47,275 bases of DNA. It comes from Ginglymostoma cirratum (taxonomy: Eukaryota). The DNA lies in the NCBI GenBank assembly GCA_024137785.1, contig JAHRHZ010000085.1:1925941-1973215 (forward strand). The letters run 5' to 3'. Made by a program: the position numbers and the translations under genes. This document shows positions 11,798 to 24,899 of the stretch, piece by piece. Below the pieces are notes generated by a model. That model was given only the letters and a program-made list of their open reading frames with translations, made no database searches and was not told the DNA's origin. Within the stretch, counting starts at the first letter, position 1, and each line of letters opens with the position of its first letter.

Positions 11798-14140
11798 AGA
11801 GTAGGGCAGTTAATGCAAAAATTGAGGGAAGGGTATAAACTAGCACAAGTATGATTAAGAAATGGCAGGGAGATGCTGTTGAAAAGAGCAGGGGTGGTTG
11901 TCTGCAATGCATGTGTTTCAATGCAAGAGGTATAATTGGCAAGGTAGATGAACTCAGAGCGTTGGCTCGTGTTTGGAACTATGACATTATGCGATTACGG
12001 CGACTTAGCTGAAAGAGGGACAGGACTGGCGGCTGAATATCCCAAGCTTTAGATGTTTCAGGTGTGATGAAAGGGGTGTAAAAGGGATAGGGGAGTTGTG
12101 TTACCGGTAAAAGGAGTGTCTCACAGTTGTACTGAAGGAGGATACATCAAAGAACTCATGCAGCAAGGTGGTATGGGTCGAACTCAGGAATAGGAAAGGA
12201 GAAATCACAATGCTGGGCATATACTACAGGCTTCCCAAAAGTCAGCGGGAGAGAGAGGAGAGAATATGCAGACAGATTTTGGCAAGATGTAAAAACAACA
12301 GGGTTGTTGTGAAGCATGATTTTAACTTCCACTGTGTTGACTGGGATTCATTATGTACTTGGGTCTTGGATGGAGCAGAATTTGTGAGGATCATTCAGGA
12401 GGGTTTCTTGACACAGTGTGTAATCAGTCTAACTAGGGAAAGGGTTGTAGCTGACCTGGTTTTGGGAAATGAGGCCAGCCAGGTGAGTGAAGTTTCACTG
12501 GGGATGCATTTCGGGAGTAGTGACCATAATGCCATGAGTTTTAAATTACTCACGGATAGGGATAACAGCAGTCCTCAGGTGAAAATGTTAAACTGGGGGA
12601 AGGCAAAATACAACAATAATCGGCAGGAACTAGAGAGTGTTAGTTGGAGGTGGCTATTTGAGGGTAAATCCACATCTGTCATGTGGGAGTATTTCAAATG
12701 GCAGTTGATAAGAGTTCAGGAGTGGCACGTTCCTGCGAGGATGGAGGATAGGTATGGCAAGTTACATGAACCTCGGATGACCAGGGATGTTATGACCTTG
12801 GTCAAAAAGAAAAAGGAAGCATACGTAAGGTCTAGTAGGATGGGAACTGACAAAGCCCTTGAAGTATATAAGGAAATTGTGAAAGAACTTAAACAAGGAT
12901 TTAGAAGGGCTAAAAGGAATCAAGAAAAGTCATTAGCAAACAAGATTAAGAAGACTCCTGAGGCTTTTTGCACATATATAAAAAGCAAGAGGGTAGCCAG
13001 GGAAAGCGTTAGCCCATTCAAGGACAAAGGAGGGGATGTACATGTGAAGGCTGAAGAGGTAGGTGAGGCTAAGTGAATACTTTGTACCAGTATTCACCAA
13101 AGAGAAGGAATTGGTGGAGGATGATCTCATGGAAACTATTATCAAATTTCTAAGCCAAGATGCTATGTAAAAGGAAGAGGTGTTGTGTGTCTTAAAACGT
13201 ATTAAGATAGATAAGTCCCTGGATCGTGATGGGATCAATCCTAGAATATTGAGGGAGGCAAGAGAACAAATTGCTGGAGCATTGACAGACACCTTTGTAT
13301 CCTCTTTGGCCACAGGCGATGCCCAGAGGACTGGAGAATAGCTAATGATATCCTATTGTTTATAAAGGGTAATGGGTATAATCCAGAAAATTACAGGCCT
13401 GTGAGCCTCACATCAGTAGTAGGGAAATTATTGGAAAAGACTCTCAGGGACAAGATCTATACACATTGAAAAGCAAATAGACTGGTTAGTGAAAGACGGC
13501 ACGGTTTTGTGCGGGAGAGGTCATGCCTCACTGACTTGATTGAGTTTTATGAGGAGGTGACGAAGATGATTGATGAGGGAAAAGTTTCTCTACGTGGACT
13601 TCAGTAAAGCCTTGGACAAGGTCCCTCACAGCAAACTGGCGCAACATGGTATCAGGGGTGAGCTGGCAAGATGGATACAGAACTGGCTTTGTCATCAGAG
13701 TCAGAGGGTAATGGTAGAAGGATGATTTTCAGAATGGAGGGCTGTGACTACTGTCCATAGGGATCAGTTCTAGGACTTCTGCCATTCAAAATCTGTATAA
13801 ATGATTTGGAGGAAAATGTAACTCATCTAATTAGTAATTTGGCGGATGCTACAAAGATTAAGGGAGTTGCACAAAGTGAGGAGGATTGTCAGAGGAGACA
13901 GCAGGATATTAATCAGTTGGAGGTATGGGCAGAAAAATAGCAGACGGACTTTAATCCGAACAAATGTGAGGTGATGCATTTTGGAAGGTCAAGTACAGGT
14001 GCAAATTATACAGTAAATGGCCTAACCCTTAGGAGTATTGATATGCAGAGAGATCTGGGTGTACAAGTCCACAGGTCCCTGAAGGTGGCAGCACAGATAG
14101 ATAAGGTAGTAAAAAAAGGTCTCTGGCAGACTTGCCTTCG
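11798..14140 (+). mobile_element. CR1 element A, ORF2 (APE-RT) remnant
   Basis: CFNARGI start motif, ORF 12168-13076 (endonuclease, SDHN) and decayed RT downstream. Confidence 0.9.
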
Positions 14141-14545
14141 TTGGAAGAGGAGGAGCAACATTAATCTTCAGGCTAGCATGTTACAACCTTCTGGGCTCAA
14201 TATTGAGTTCGACACCTTTGGATTGTGAACCCATTTCCCATTCCTTCCCTTTCTTTTAGCTTTACTTGTTACATTCTCTGTCACCATATCCTCTCTCCCC
14301 TCCCCCCAGCTCCAGTGTGACTGTCTGTTCTTTCCAGTCTGTCAGTTACATGCACCATTGTTTTGACTTTCTCACATTCTGATCACTTAATCTGAACTAT
14401 CAACGTTCTTTCTCCTCCAGCACTCCAAAATCCCCCGCCCCTCACTCTTGCATAAATGCTGTCCCCTTCCCACTTCACGTCAGCTCTGATGAAGAGTCAT
14501 CTATCCTCGAAATGTTAGCTTGATTTCTCTCCCTGGATTTTCAAA
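14141..14545 (+). mobile_element. Penelope-like element 3' end (GIY-YIG C-terminus + terminal repeat)
   Basis: LQPSGLNIEF motif followed by a repeat homologous to 43033-43390. Confidence 0.8.
14482..14520 (+). ncRNA. Minimal type I hammerhead ribozyme motif
   Basis: AGCT CTGATGA A GAGTCATCTATCCTC GAAA T GTT AGCT: stem I AGCT/AGCT, stem II GAG/CTC. Confidence 0.65.
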
Positions 14546-14549
14546 AGTT

Positions 14550-15300
14550 GATTGAGGTCAACTATTTACAGGTAAAGGAACGGCTGGAAAGAGGGAGGCC
14601 TTTTAAAATGAGATAATGAAAGTCCAGAGACATGTTTTCCTTTTACGGTGAAGGGCAAAGCTGGTAGGTGTGGAGAATGCTGGATGGCTACAGAAATTGA
14701 GATTTTGATCAAGAAAAAGAAGGAGGCATATGTCCGGTATAGACAGCATGGATCGAGTGAATCCCTAGAAGAGTATAAGATCCAACCATTCCATGCCGAA
14801 CATAATTCCAACCTAAACCAGTCCCACCCTTCTGCTCCTGACCCATATCCCTCTAAACCCTTCCTATTCATGTTCTTATCCAAATGTCTTTTTGACATTG
14901 TAGTTGTACCCACATCCACCACTTCCTCAGCAAGTTAATTCCACACACAAATCACCCTCTGTGTAAAAAAAAAAGCCTCTCACATTTTTTTTTAAAATCT
15001 CTCTCCTCTCACATTAAAAATGTGCCCCCTAGTCTTGAAATCCCCTATCCTAGGGAAAATACAGCTACCATTAACTCTATCTATAGCCCTCATTATTTAA
15101 TGAATTTCTATCCGGTCACCACTCAACATCCTACAGTCCAGTGGAAAAACTCCCAGCCTATTCAGCATTTCTTTATAACTCAACCTTTCCATACCTGGCA
15201 ACATCCTCGTAAATCTCTTTTGCACCCTCTTCAGCTTAATAATATCCTTCCTTTCACTGGACCACCAGAACTGGACACAGCATTCTAGAAGAGCCCAACT
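14550..15300. mobile_element. CR1 fragments (+ 14550-14778; - 14779-15300, 3' end)
   Basis: LIKKKKEAYVRY on the + strand; KRHLDKNMNRKGLEGYG 3'-end signature on the - strand. Confidence 0.8.
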
Positions 15301-16435
15301 CTCTTCATAACTAAGGTCAAGCGTAGAAAACCAACAACTTCAAACTGAGGGATTCATTTTATTGTCAAGCGGCAGACTGGAAGTAATATTTTTCCATTGT
15401 TGAATTTTACAGGACAATAGAACAGGTTTCATACATGTGTGTCAAACTCAGAATCTTAGTTAGAAAATATACTTGCAATTTTCCAAGCATTTACCCTGCC
15501 GTAAAATGGGCCATCCATTTGGATGTGCTTCTTAATATAAATACCGCCCACATTTCATTGAAATGCGACATACCAAGTTTAGTGTAAATCAAACATTGAA
15601 AACTTATTACATTATCTCCAAAGTAAATACATTTAAAGTCACACATGAAGGTAACATTACACTGATATCTCGCACCTTTTTCGATTCATACCCAATCACT
15701 GCAGCAAAAGTAACTTTATGGAGATAAATATGAATTAATACAAATTAATCATTCATTATTAGGAACGATGTCTGAAATGCGTGCCTTGAGCCCTCAGCCA
15801 AAGTAACCTATGAATGGAAAAATGCTTTAATCAGAATGACCTATTATTTGGTGGTAAGTACATCTTATCTAATGTTTAAAAGCGATGGTTAATATATACT
15901 CGAGTAAGTGTGAAACAAATAGGCTTTTTGGTGCTTTCAACCACATCCGTCCATCAGACTCAATTATTCTGTGATCTGTTTGAACTCAAGCTAATTGCCA
16001 GTACTGACACTGGTAGGTCAAAGCGAATTGATTTGTTGACGAAAAAGATGAGATCAAAATATAACAGTTTTTTTGCTTTATATAATGCATTTAAAGACAC
16101 CAATGCAAGCTGCTAGTTTTCTTTAATTTGCTTCATAGTTTCTTTTCATCACCCATAACCAGCACTTCCTGCAAAGAGGCAGAATCTCACAAATCATTCA
16201 TGAACACTGAGCAAAACCAATTATTGGTGACCCAATGTCCGTCCTGTCTTGCATATATTCATTCACGTAATTTGGTAACTCATCAGAAGGTATAATATTT
16301 TTAAGTTTTATCTCGACATATTTGGCAATAAAGTGAACTTTGTGCATTTAAATAAATCTATGAAATGGAGCACTGAAGCAGTGGGATAGTCCTGATGAAA
16401 TAAAAACAAGAATATACATTTGCACTACCAAGTCT

Positions 16436-18360
16436 TAACTAAGAAGGCATATGGCATGCTTGCCTTCATCGCCTGGCGCATGGAGTACAAGAGTTGGCAA
16501 AACATGTTGCAGCTATATAAAACTCTTGTTAGGCAGCATTTGGAAAATTGTGTGCAGTTTTGGTCACCTCACGACCAGAAGGATGTGGAAGCTTTGGAGA
16601 AATTTGTGACCGGTAAATCATGCCTCACAAGCCTTATTGAATTCTTTGAAGAGGTGACCAAATACGTGGATGAAGGTAGAGCAATGGATGTGGTGTACAT
16701 GGATTTATGTGAGGCATTTGATAAGGTTCCCCACGGTAGGCTCATGCAGAAGGTAAGGAGGCATGGGATGGGGGGAAATGTGGCAGATTGGATTCAGAGT
16801 TGGCTAACCCTTCGAAGACAACGGGTGGTAGTGGACGGAAAATATTCAACATGGTGCTCAGTTACGAGTGGAGTACCACAAGGATCTGTTCTGGGTCCTC
16901 TTCTATTTGTGATTTTTGTAAATGATTTGGATGAAGGAATGGAAGGGTGGATTAGTAAGTTCGCAGATGATACGAAGGTGGGTCAAGTTGTGGATAGTGC
17001 GGAGGGCTGTTCTAGGTTACAAAGGGACATTGGTAGGATGCAAAGCTGGGCTGAGAAGTGGCAGATGGAATTTAACCCTGAAAAGTGTGAGGTGATTCAT
17101 TTTGGAAGGACAAACTTGAAAGCAGAATACAGGGTTAACAGTAAGATTCTTGGCAGTGTGGAGGAGCAGAGGGATCTTGGGGTGCATGTCCATACTTACC
17201 TGAAAACTGCCACCCAGGTGGATAGAGTTGTTAAGAAGGCGTACAGTGTGTTAGCTTTCATTAGTAGAGAGATTGAGTTCAAGAGCCATGAAGTTATGCT
17301 CCAGCTATACATAAGCCTGGTTTCGGCCACATCTGGAGGATTGTGTCCAGTTCTGGTCGCCTCATTACAGGAAGGATGCAGAAGCATTGGAAAAGGTGCA
17401 GGGGAGATTCATCAGGATATTGCCTAGAATGGAGGGAAGGTCTTACGAGGAAAGGTTGAGAGAGCTAGGGCTTTTCCCTTTAGAACGACGAAGGATGAGA
17501 GGTGACTTGATAGAGGTATACAAAATGATCAGAGGTATAGATAGAGTGGACAGCCAGAGACTTTTTCCTAGGGTGGAGGTAGCTATTACGAGGGGGCATA
17601 GTTTTAAAGTGAGTGGAGGTAGATATCAGGGAGACGTCAGAGGTAGGTTCTTTACTCAGAGAGTGGTAGGGGTGTGGAATGCATTGCCGGAGAGGATAGT
17701 GGAGTTGGCCTCATTGGCTACATTTAAGCGGGTATTAGATAGGCATATGGATGATAGTATAAGGTAGGGGTGGAGGTTAGATAGATCTTAGGTTTCGGGT
17801 AAAAGTTTGGCACAACATCGTGGGCTGAAGGGCCTGTACTGTGCTGTACTGTTCTATGTTCTATGTTCTAAAGTACAGAGAAGGTTCACCAAGATGTTGT
17901 CTGGTCTCCAGGGCACTGGCTATGAGGAAAGGTTAAAAAGACTAGAATTGTTTTCACTGAAAAGATGGCAGCTGAGAGGAGACCTGATAGATGTATACAC
18001 TATTATGAGAGGCATAGATAGGGTGGATAGTCAGATGCTTCTTTTTCCCCAGGGTTGAAGTTTCAATTACCAGGAGGCACAGGTTCAAGGTCAGAGGGGG
18101 AAAGTTTAAGGGGAAGGTGCAATGGAAATTTTTTTACTCAGAGAGTGGTAGCAGCCTGGAATACACTACCAGAAGAGGTGATGAAAGCAGGCACATTGAA
18201 GACATTTAAGAGGCACCTAGATGGGTTCATGAATACGGAGGGAATAGAGAGATACCGATCAAAAAATGACAAGTTTGTTTTTATATTAATTAGGGCATGA
18301 TGGTCGGCACAGGCTTGGGGGCAGGGCAATGGGCCTGTTCCTGTGCTGTCCTTTTTCATT
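16436..18360 (+). mobile_element. CR1 element C 3' part, with nested younger CR1 element D (16602-17870)
   Basis: C reads ..DVEALE|KVQRRFTK across the insertion. D carries the RT (QGSVLGP, FADD) and a (TTCTATG)n tail ending near 17870. Confidence 0.93.
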
Positions 18361-19370
18361 TGTTCATTTGTGCATTCAATTACTCCTTCAGAAGAATTGG
18401 AAAGAAAAAACGAAAAGAGTTACGCAGCAGTAAATGAGAAATTATGGGTTGCACAATAGAAGCTGAATGTGATTAGGATGTGGTCTCTTCATATATCGTT
18501 TACATATGTTGAAACAGGATGTGTACAGCCTGTAATGGTAAAGTTATTGTCGCGGCACATTGTGTCTCAATAATGTCGCAATCAATTAGTTTTATGGATA
18601 ACCACGAGGGTGCCACGGGTTATGGACAACAGACCAGCAAAATGCAGTTGTGACCACAATCAGACCAGCCATGATAATCTCGAATGGAGGAGAGGACTTG
18701 ATAGCCGAAAGGTCTTAATTCTGCTCCTAAATCCAATGTGCTATTTCGTACGTGAGCTAAATTCATTGCTTGAATCACCGGCCTGTAGACACATGCCAAC
18801 AAGCTTAACGTTGTTAAAATAAAAGAACCGGTCTATTTCCTTTCAATAGTTACTTAGAAGTGGTGGTTCTGGGACAATATTTACTGCTTCAGATGGAAAA
18901 CAAAGTAGAAAAAAAGTTATTTTGATTCTTAAAATTCAACAGATAATAACGAAGATGTTACTTTCTTTGCCTTTAATCTGAGTCGTTGCAAGTCATTGCA
19001 GAGGACAGCGTCGGTAGAGTCACATGTAGGATCGGGTAAGAATGTTGAATGCACTTCAGTTTCAGAACCAAAGGGAATCCTTGTCAAACAATGTCGTGAA
19101 TTTCAGTACAGTTGGGCTTTAAAAGAAGATTCAGGCTGACGAATTACGACTTCCGTACTTCGAACCCAAAAAAAACAGAATAGTAACGTCACGCCATAGA
19201 TTTAATTTGGTTTAAATCCGCAGGGCAGTTTAGAATTAAAAAGTGCGGGAAAATCTAATGAGAAACGACGAGAGGTTGAGCAATTCAAATAGTTGTTCCG
19301 CATTCACACGGTCATCGATAGTGGATAACTAGATTGGGAAATGCGATGTAAACAGGTCGATTTGCCAGAT

Positions 19371-19645
19371 AACAAAAACCGAAAGCGCTGCAGATGCTGT
19401 AAATCAGAGACAAAAACAGAAATCGCTGGAAAAGTTCAGCAGGTCTGGCAGCTGCCAAAGTGGTACAGGCTGGTACAACTACAACATTTAAAAGGCATCT
19501 GGATGGGAATATGAATAGGAAGGGTTTAGAGAAATATGTGCCAAATGTTGGCAAATGGAACTAGATTTATTTGGGATATCTGGTTAGCAGGTACGAGCTG
19601 GACCAAAGGGTTTGTTTCCGTGCTGTGAGTTTCCGTGACTCCATA
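19371..19645. mobile_element. PLE repeat fragment fused to a CR1 3' end
   Basis: 19371-19455 matches 113-195 and 34092-34170. 19456-19645 is a CR1 3' UTR. Confidence 0.7.
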
Positions 19646-19834
19646 TACTGCTAAACAGTTTGTGTTTCAATTTTAAGGTTTCACTGACTTACACAGAGCA
19701 AGATTATGAGAGTTACCAGGTCAGTAGATTTACAAATAATTTGAAAAACTGATTATATCATTAAGTTTTCCCAGATCTTGCAACGAAGTTAAAAAAAGCT
19801 GATATGACGTCACTGGTGCAACCGCGCATGTGTA

Positions 19835-20095
19835 GAGTCGGATAGCAAGGAAACAGACCGTTTGGTCCAACCAGTCCATGCCAAATATAATCAAACTAAA
19901 CCACTACCACCTACCTGTGCTTGGCCCATATCCCTCCAAACGTTTCTTATTCATGTACTTACCTAAATGTCTTACCTAACTGTACTGCATCCACCACTTC
20001 CTCTCAAATTTCGTTCCACACATGAACCACGCTCTGTGTAAAAAAATTCTCACTATGTCTTTTTTAAGCCCTTCTCCTCCCACCTTAAAATATTC
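19835..20095 (-). mobile_element. CR1 3' end
   Basis: Homologous to 14779-15020 and 39945-40250. Confidence 0.75.
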
Positions 20096-20099
20096 CTTA

Positions 20100-21840
20100 T
20101 GGAAGGTTAGCAGGGGAGGTGAGGGGAATATATCTCTGATGATGGCATTCTGTTCAAGGTGGAGGAAGTGACAGCTAATGAACCTCTGGATGTGGATGCT
20201 GGTGGGATGGTAGGTGATGACAAGGGGGACCTGTTGAGAGAAGGAAGAGAGGGGATGAGGGCTGAAGTGCAGGAGATTGGTCAGACCTGGCTGAGAGCTC
20301 TGTCAACTATGGTACTGGGGAATCCTTGGTTGAGGAAGAAGGTGGATATTTTGTGGGGCCCCTTGTCAAAGTTGGCACTATTAGAAGTGATGTGACCGAG
20401 ATGGAAGAACTGAGAAAATGAATAGAGTCTTTACAGGAAGCAGGGTTTGAGGATATATAGTCAAGGTAACTGTAGGAGTTGCTTGGCTTGTAGTGGATAT
20501 TAGTGGCAGCCTATCCCCAGAAATGGAAACAGATTTCGAGGAAGGGAAGGGAGGAATCAGGGATGTATGAGGTGAAAGTGAGGGCAGGGTGGAAATTGGA
20601 AGCAGAAACAACAAACTTTTCCAGTTCCAGAAGAGAGAGGGAAGCAGCACTGATGATGTCAATGATATATCAGAGAAAGAGTTGTGGGTAGGAGCTAAAA
20701 AGGGACTAGAACAAGGAATGTTCCATGTACCCCACAAAAAGAGGCATAACTGGGCCCATGCATGTACTCATAGCCACCCCTCTGACCTGAAGAAAGTGAG
20801 AGGAGTTAAAAGATAAGTTGTTCAGAGTCAGCACAAGCTCAGCTAGGCGGAGGAGGCTGGTGGTGGATGGGGACAGTTCAGGCCTTTTTCCAGGAAGAAG
20901 TGGACAGCCAATTTCTTTGGACAAGAGTTCTCTCTCTCTCTACAATGTAAACTGACCTCTACATTGCAGATGCTGAGCACTAGCTCACAGGCACCTTCTC
21001 CTATCTCCCCCACTCCAGAACCCACCATAGAACATTGGACCATTGTGATCACTGCAGTCACTAACCTCATATCATCTGTTGATCTTCCCTATCCCCCCCT
21101 CAACACCGACTGCCTCCAATCTCATGGCCATGCTGATCTTCCCCACCCCCCAACACCCACTGCCGCCAACTCACGGTCCCTCAATCCCACACAGCACACT
21201 TCAACCTCATTCTGAACATGTACAAGCAGGATTGCCCAGCCAGAGACATTATGTCTAGCTGTTCTTGCCTCACAGAGCTCATATCTTCCCAACTTGACTC
21301 AACTTTTTCTCCCCACTTTCCAATCCCTTCCCACTTACATCCTTGATTCCTCTGATGCTTCATGTCAATTTCAGTCTTTCCAGTCTGTGAGCTCCAGAAA
21401 CCTCTTCTTTACCATGGACATGCAACCCTTTACAGGTCCATCCCCCATCAGGATGGCCTCAGCGCTCTCAGCTTTCTCCTGGAAAAAAGACCTGCACTCT
21501 ATTACACACAATCCATTTTTAGTCACTAATTGTCCCCATTACCGGTTATTCATTCTTCCAGGCTGATCATTATCCATTCCTTTCTCTTTCCAACTGTTCT
21601 TCTTTCTCTTAAGGCTCTATATCCATCTATCATATACTCCTTAAACCTTCCCTGCACTCTATCTTCTGCGTAAAAAAGAACAACTTTTTTTTCTAGCTAC
21701 CATCAGTTCTGAGGAAGGCTCACTGGACCCGAAATGTTAACTCTGATTTCTCTTCACAGATGCTGCCAGACTTGTTGAGCATTTCCAGCAATTTCTGTTT
21801 TTGTTTCTGATTTTCAGCGTCCACAGTTCTTTTGGGTTTT
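20100..21840. mobile_element. Rearranged Penelope-like element (RT halves in opposite orientation + terminal repeat)
   Basis: Minus strand: LAELVLTLNNLSFNSSHFLQVRGVAMSTCMGP and YIDD-like. Plus strand: QSLPTYILDSSDA..LFFTMDMQ. Terminal repeat at about 21500-21840. Confidence 0.88.
21705..21742 (+). ncRNA. Minimal type I hammerhead ribozyme motif
   Basis: AGTT CTGAGGA A GGCTCACTGGACCC GAAA T GTT AACT: stem I AGTT/AACT. Confidence 0.65.
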
Positions 21841-22843
21841 ATCCTAAACCATTACTTTTCTTGTGTTGCAAGTATGCTCCCAGTTCTATAGAGCTCTCTA
21901 TCCAGAATGTAGACAGAGAAATAACAAAGGAACATCTCTGTTTCCAAGTCAGGATGGTCTGATGAGCAATTGCATGGTTTTGTGTGGGGTAGTCGTGCCT
22001 CACTGACATGATCTAGCATTTTTCAGGAGATGATGAAGATGTTTGATGAGGGAAAAGCAGTTGATGTTGTCTTTGTGGACTTCAGTAAAGCCTTTGACAA
22101 GGTCCCTCATGGCAGACTGATACAAAAGATGAAGTCACATGGTACCAGTGGTGAGCTGGCAAGATGGACACAGAACTGACTTAGTCATCGGAGACAGACT
22201 GTAATGTGGAAGGATGCTTTTTGGCCTGGAGGGCTGTGACTAGTGGTGTTCCAGAGGGATCTGGGCTGGGACTCTGCTTTTCCTGATCTACCCAAATGAT
22301 TTGGAGGAAAAAGTGCTGGTCTAATTGGTAATTTTGCAGACAATACAAAGATTGGCAGAGTTGCGGATAGTGAGGAGGATTGCCAGAGGATACCGTGGGA
22401 TATAGATCAGTTTGAGGCTTGACATAAAAATGGCAGATGAACTTTAATCTGGACAAATGTGAGGTGATGCATTTTGGAAGGTCAAGTACGGGTGCAAATT
22501 ATACAACGAATGGCAGAATCCTTAAGAGTATTGAAATGTCGAGGGATTTAGGGTGCAGGTCCACAGATCACTGAAGGTGGCAGCGCAGGCAGATAAGATA
22601 GTAAAAAAAGGCTTATAGCATGCTTGCCTTCATTGGAAGGGGCACTGAGTACAAGGATAGTCAAGTTTTGCTGCAGCTTTGTAGAACTTTAGTTAGGCCA
22701 CACTTGGAATATCATGTACAGTTCTGGTCACCACACTACCAGAAGGATGTGAAGGCTTTGGAGAGGGTACAGAAAAGATTTACCAGAATGTTGCCTGGCA
22801 TGTGGGAGTTTAGCTATGAAGAAAAGTTGGATAGACTGGGTCT

Positions 22844-23015
22844 ATCCTCTCCTCTATCCATCCTCTATCCGCCTCCCCCTCTCTCCCTATTTATTTCAGA
22901 ACCCTCTTCCCCTCCCCCATTTCTGATGAAGGGTTTAGGCCCGAAACGTCAAGTTTTCCTGCTCCTATGATGCTGCTTGACCTGCTGTGTTCATCCAGCC
23001 CCATGCTTGTTATCT
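22844..23015 (+). mobile_element. PLE-derived short element with 12-bp target-site duplication
   Basis: TAGACTGGGTCT at 22832-22843 and 23016-23027. Confidence 0.85.
22919..22954 (+). ncRNA. Minimal type I hammerhead ribozyme motif
   Basis: ATTT CTGATGA A GGGTTTAGGCCC GAAA C GTC AAGT: intact core with a GUC triplet. Confidence 0.7.
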
Positions 23016-24899
23016 TAGACTGGGTCTGTGGGTTTGTTTTCACTGGAATGCAGGAGTTTGAAGGGCAACCAAGTACAAGTTTATAAGATTGTGAATGACA
23101 TGGATAGAGTGAAAAGTATGAGGCTTTTTTTCCCAGGGTAGAGGGGTTAATTACTAGGCGACAACAAGGTTCAAGGTGCGAGGGGGGAAAGTTTAAAAGA
23201 GATGTGCAAGGCATGCTTTTCACACAAAGGGTGGTGTGTGCCCGGAATGTGTTACCAGAGGAGGTAGTAGAAGCAAACACTAATAGCAGCATTCAAGAAG
23301 CACCTGGATGAATACATGTGTAGGAAGGGAATAGTAGGATACAAATCCTGTAAGTGAAGTCAGTTTTAGTATGGAAGGGCAAAATGTGGCGACGCATGCT
23401 TGGAGGACTGAAGGGCCTGTTCATGTGCTGTATTGTTCTTTGTTCTTCAGTCTGCTCTCAGGAAATGCACTTGAAATCTTTCAGATTGCTAATACCTTGA
23501 GGATGTTCAAAATGTGTTGAAATGAAGCAGCAGATCAAACTGGACTGGTTAGACTGTGTTCTCCCTTTCATTGTATTCTAAAATAGATTATTGATCCGTT
23601 CTATCAATAATTTATTAACGCAGAATGGAGTCTTTGAATATGTACTGTAGTTATGTACACGTGTACATGTGTTACACTGCTGCTAAAATGAAACACACAG
23701 CTACTACTGTGACAGGATTATCAGCCCAGTTTTTGTTCCATGTTTTCATGTCATTCTGTTTCACAGTAAATATCACAATAAATTCGCGGTGCAATATCTC
23801 AAAGTCTCTTGACTTGTTTAAGCATTTGTGTTTACATAAAACGTCTCATGCTTATGAAATACTTAAAGAATTGTATCACACTGCATAATGTAAAATATAG
23901 TTACCGAGATTTTGTGTTACAGCTTATAAGTTTTTCACTCTCGTTATGTGGCCTATTTCTCTTTCAGCTTCCTCCCTGTAGCTGCGGTTTAGATGTCGTG
24001 CGGTGACAATCACTTTTTGCGAGCATCAGTATTCTTGCGACTAGATTTCATTGTTAAGTATGGGCTGATACCTGACAAATTTGCAATATTTTGTTGAGAT
24101 GAACGGTCACAAGTTCTGTTCGTCACGCAAATGTGCCGAGTGTGTAATATGTGCTGCTGCTGTCTTCCTTCAGAAACTTTGATCTCCCCTTAAGGTCATC
24201 TTCCTCTTCGGTCAGCCCATGCTTCACGCACTTATAAGGTTGACATCTATATCTACATCAAACGAAGTTAATTATATTTTTAGGTCGACTCATCAGCTGA
24301 GCCAATTTACCATGAAATGACTGCTATTGTTCACAGCCAACTGCTTAGAGAAACAAGTGAGAACTGAGGGCATTTTGCAATACCAATTTACATTGTTCAT
24401 ATTCAAAACTGGAATGTGCATTTGGGCAGTGTGTGGGTAGTTCTTGTCATTTCGCAAAAGTCTTGCACATGTCCTCTGGCGTTAAGATAACTGAAGCATA
24501 TTATTTATAACAATGGAAATGTAACGCCTTTCTATAAAGAACTTAGTTTTGTAGCGGCATTTGGGTGTAGCCGGCTAGTAAGCATTTGCTGCCCGTCCCC
24601 AATTGCACTTAAGGACCTGGCCTTGAGCTGCCATCGTGAATTGTTGCTGTCCCACAAAAGCTGATGCGCCCAAAGTGTCGTTAGAGGACTCGCTCGAGGA
24701 TTTTGCCAAAAAAGCACTGTAATTCCAGCTCAGAAAGGCATGTGGTTTGGAAGGGAACTTGCAAGTGATGATATTCCTCTGTGTCGAATGCCCATATCCT
24801 TCCAAGTGACAGGGCCACCGGTTTCGAATGTGGTATTAAATGTGCAAGTCTGTTTGTGTATTGATTCAAATGTTATCAAAATCATTTCCTGGATTTTGA

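Larger units (their letters stand above)
21960..23445 (+). mobile_element. CR1 RT-to-3'-end fragment
   Basis: DFSKAFDKVPHGRL and LVRPHLEYHVQFWSP motifs with a CR1 3' UTR. Confidence 0.9.

Noticed and set aside
16420-17427. Longest ORF (335 aa) as a host gene
   Set aside because: Chance in-frame fusion of two nested CR1 ORF2 fragments.
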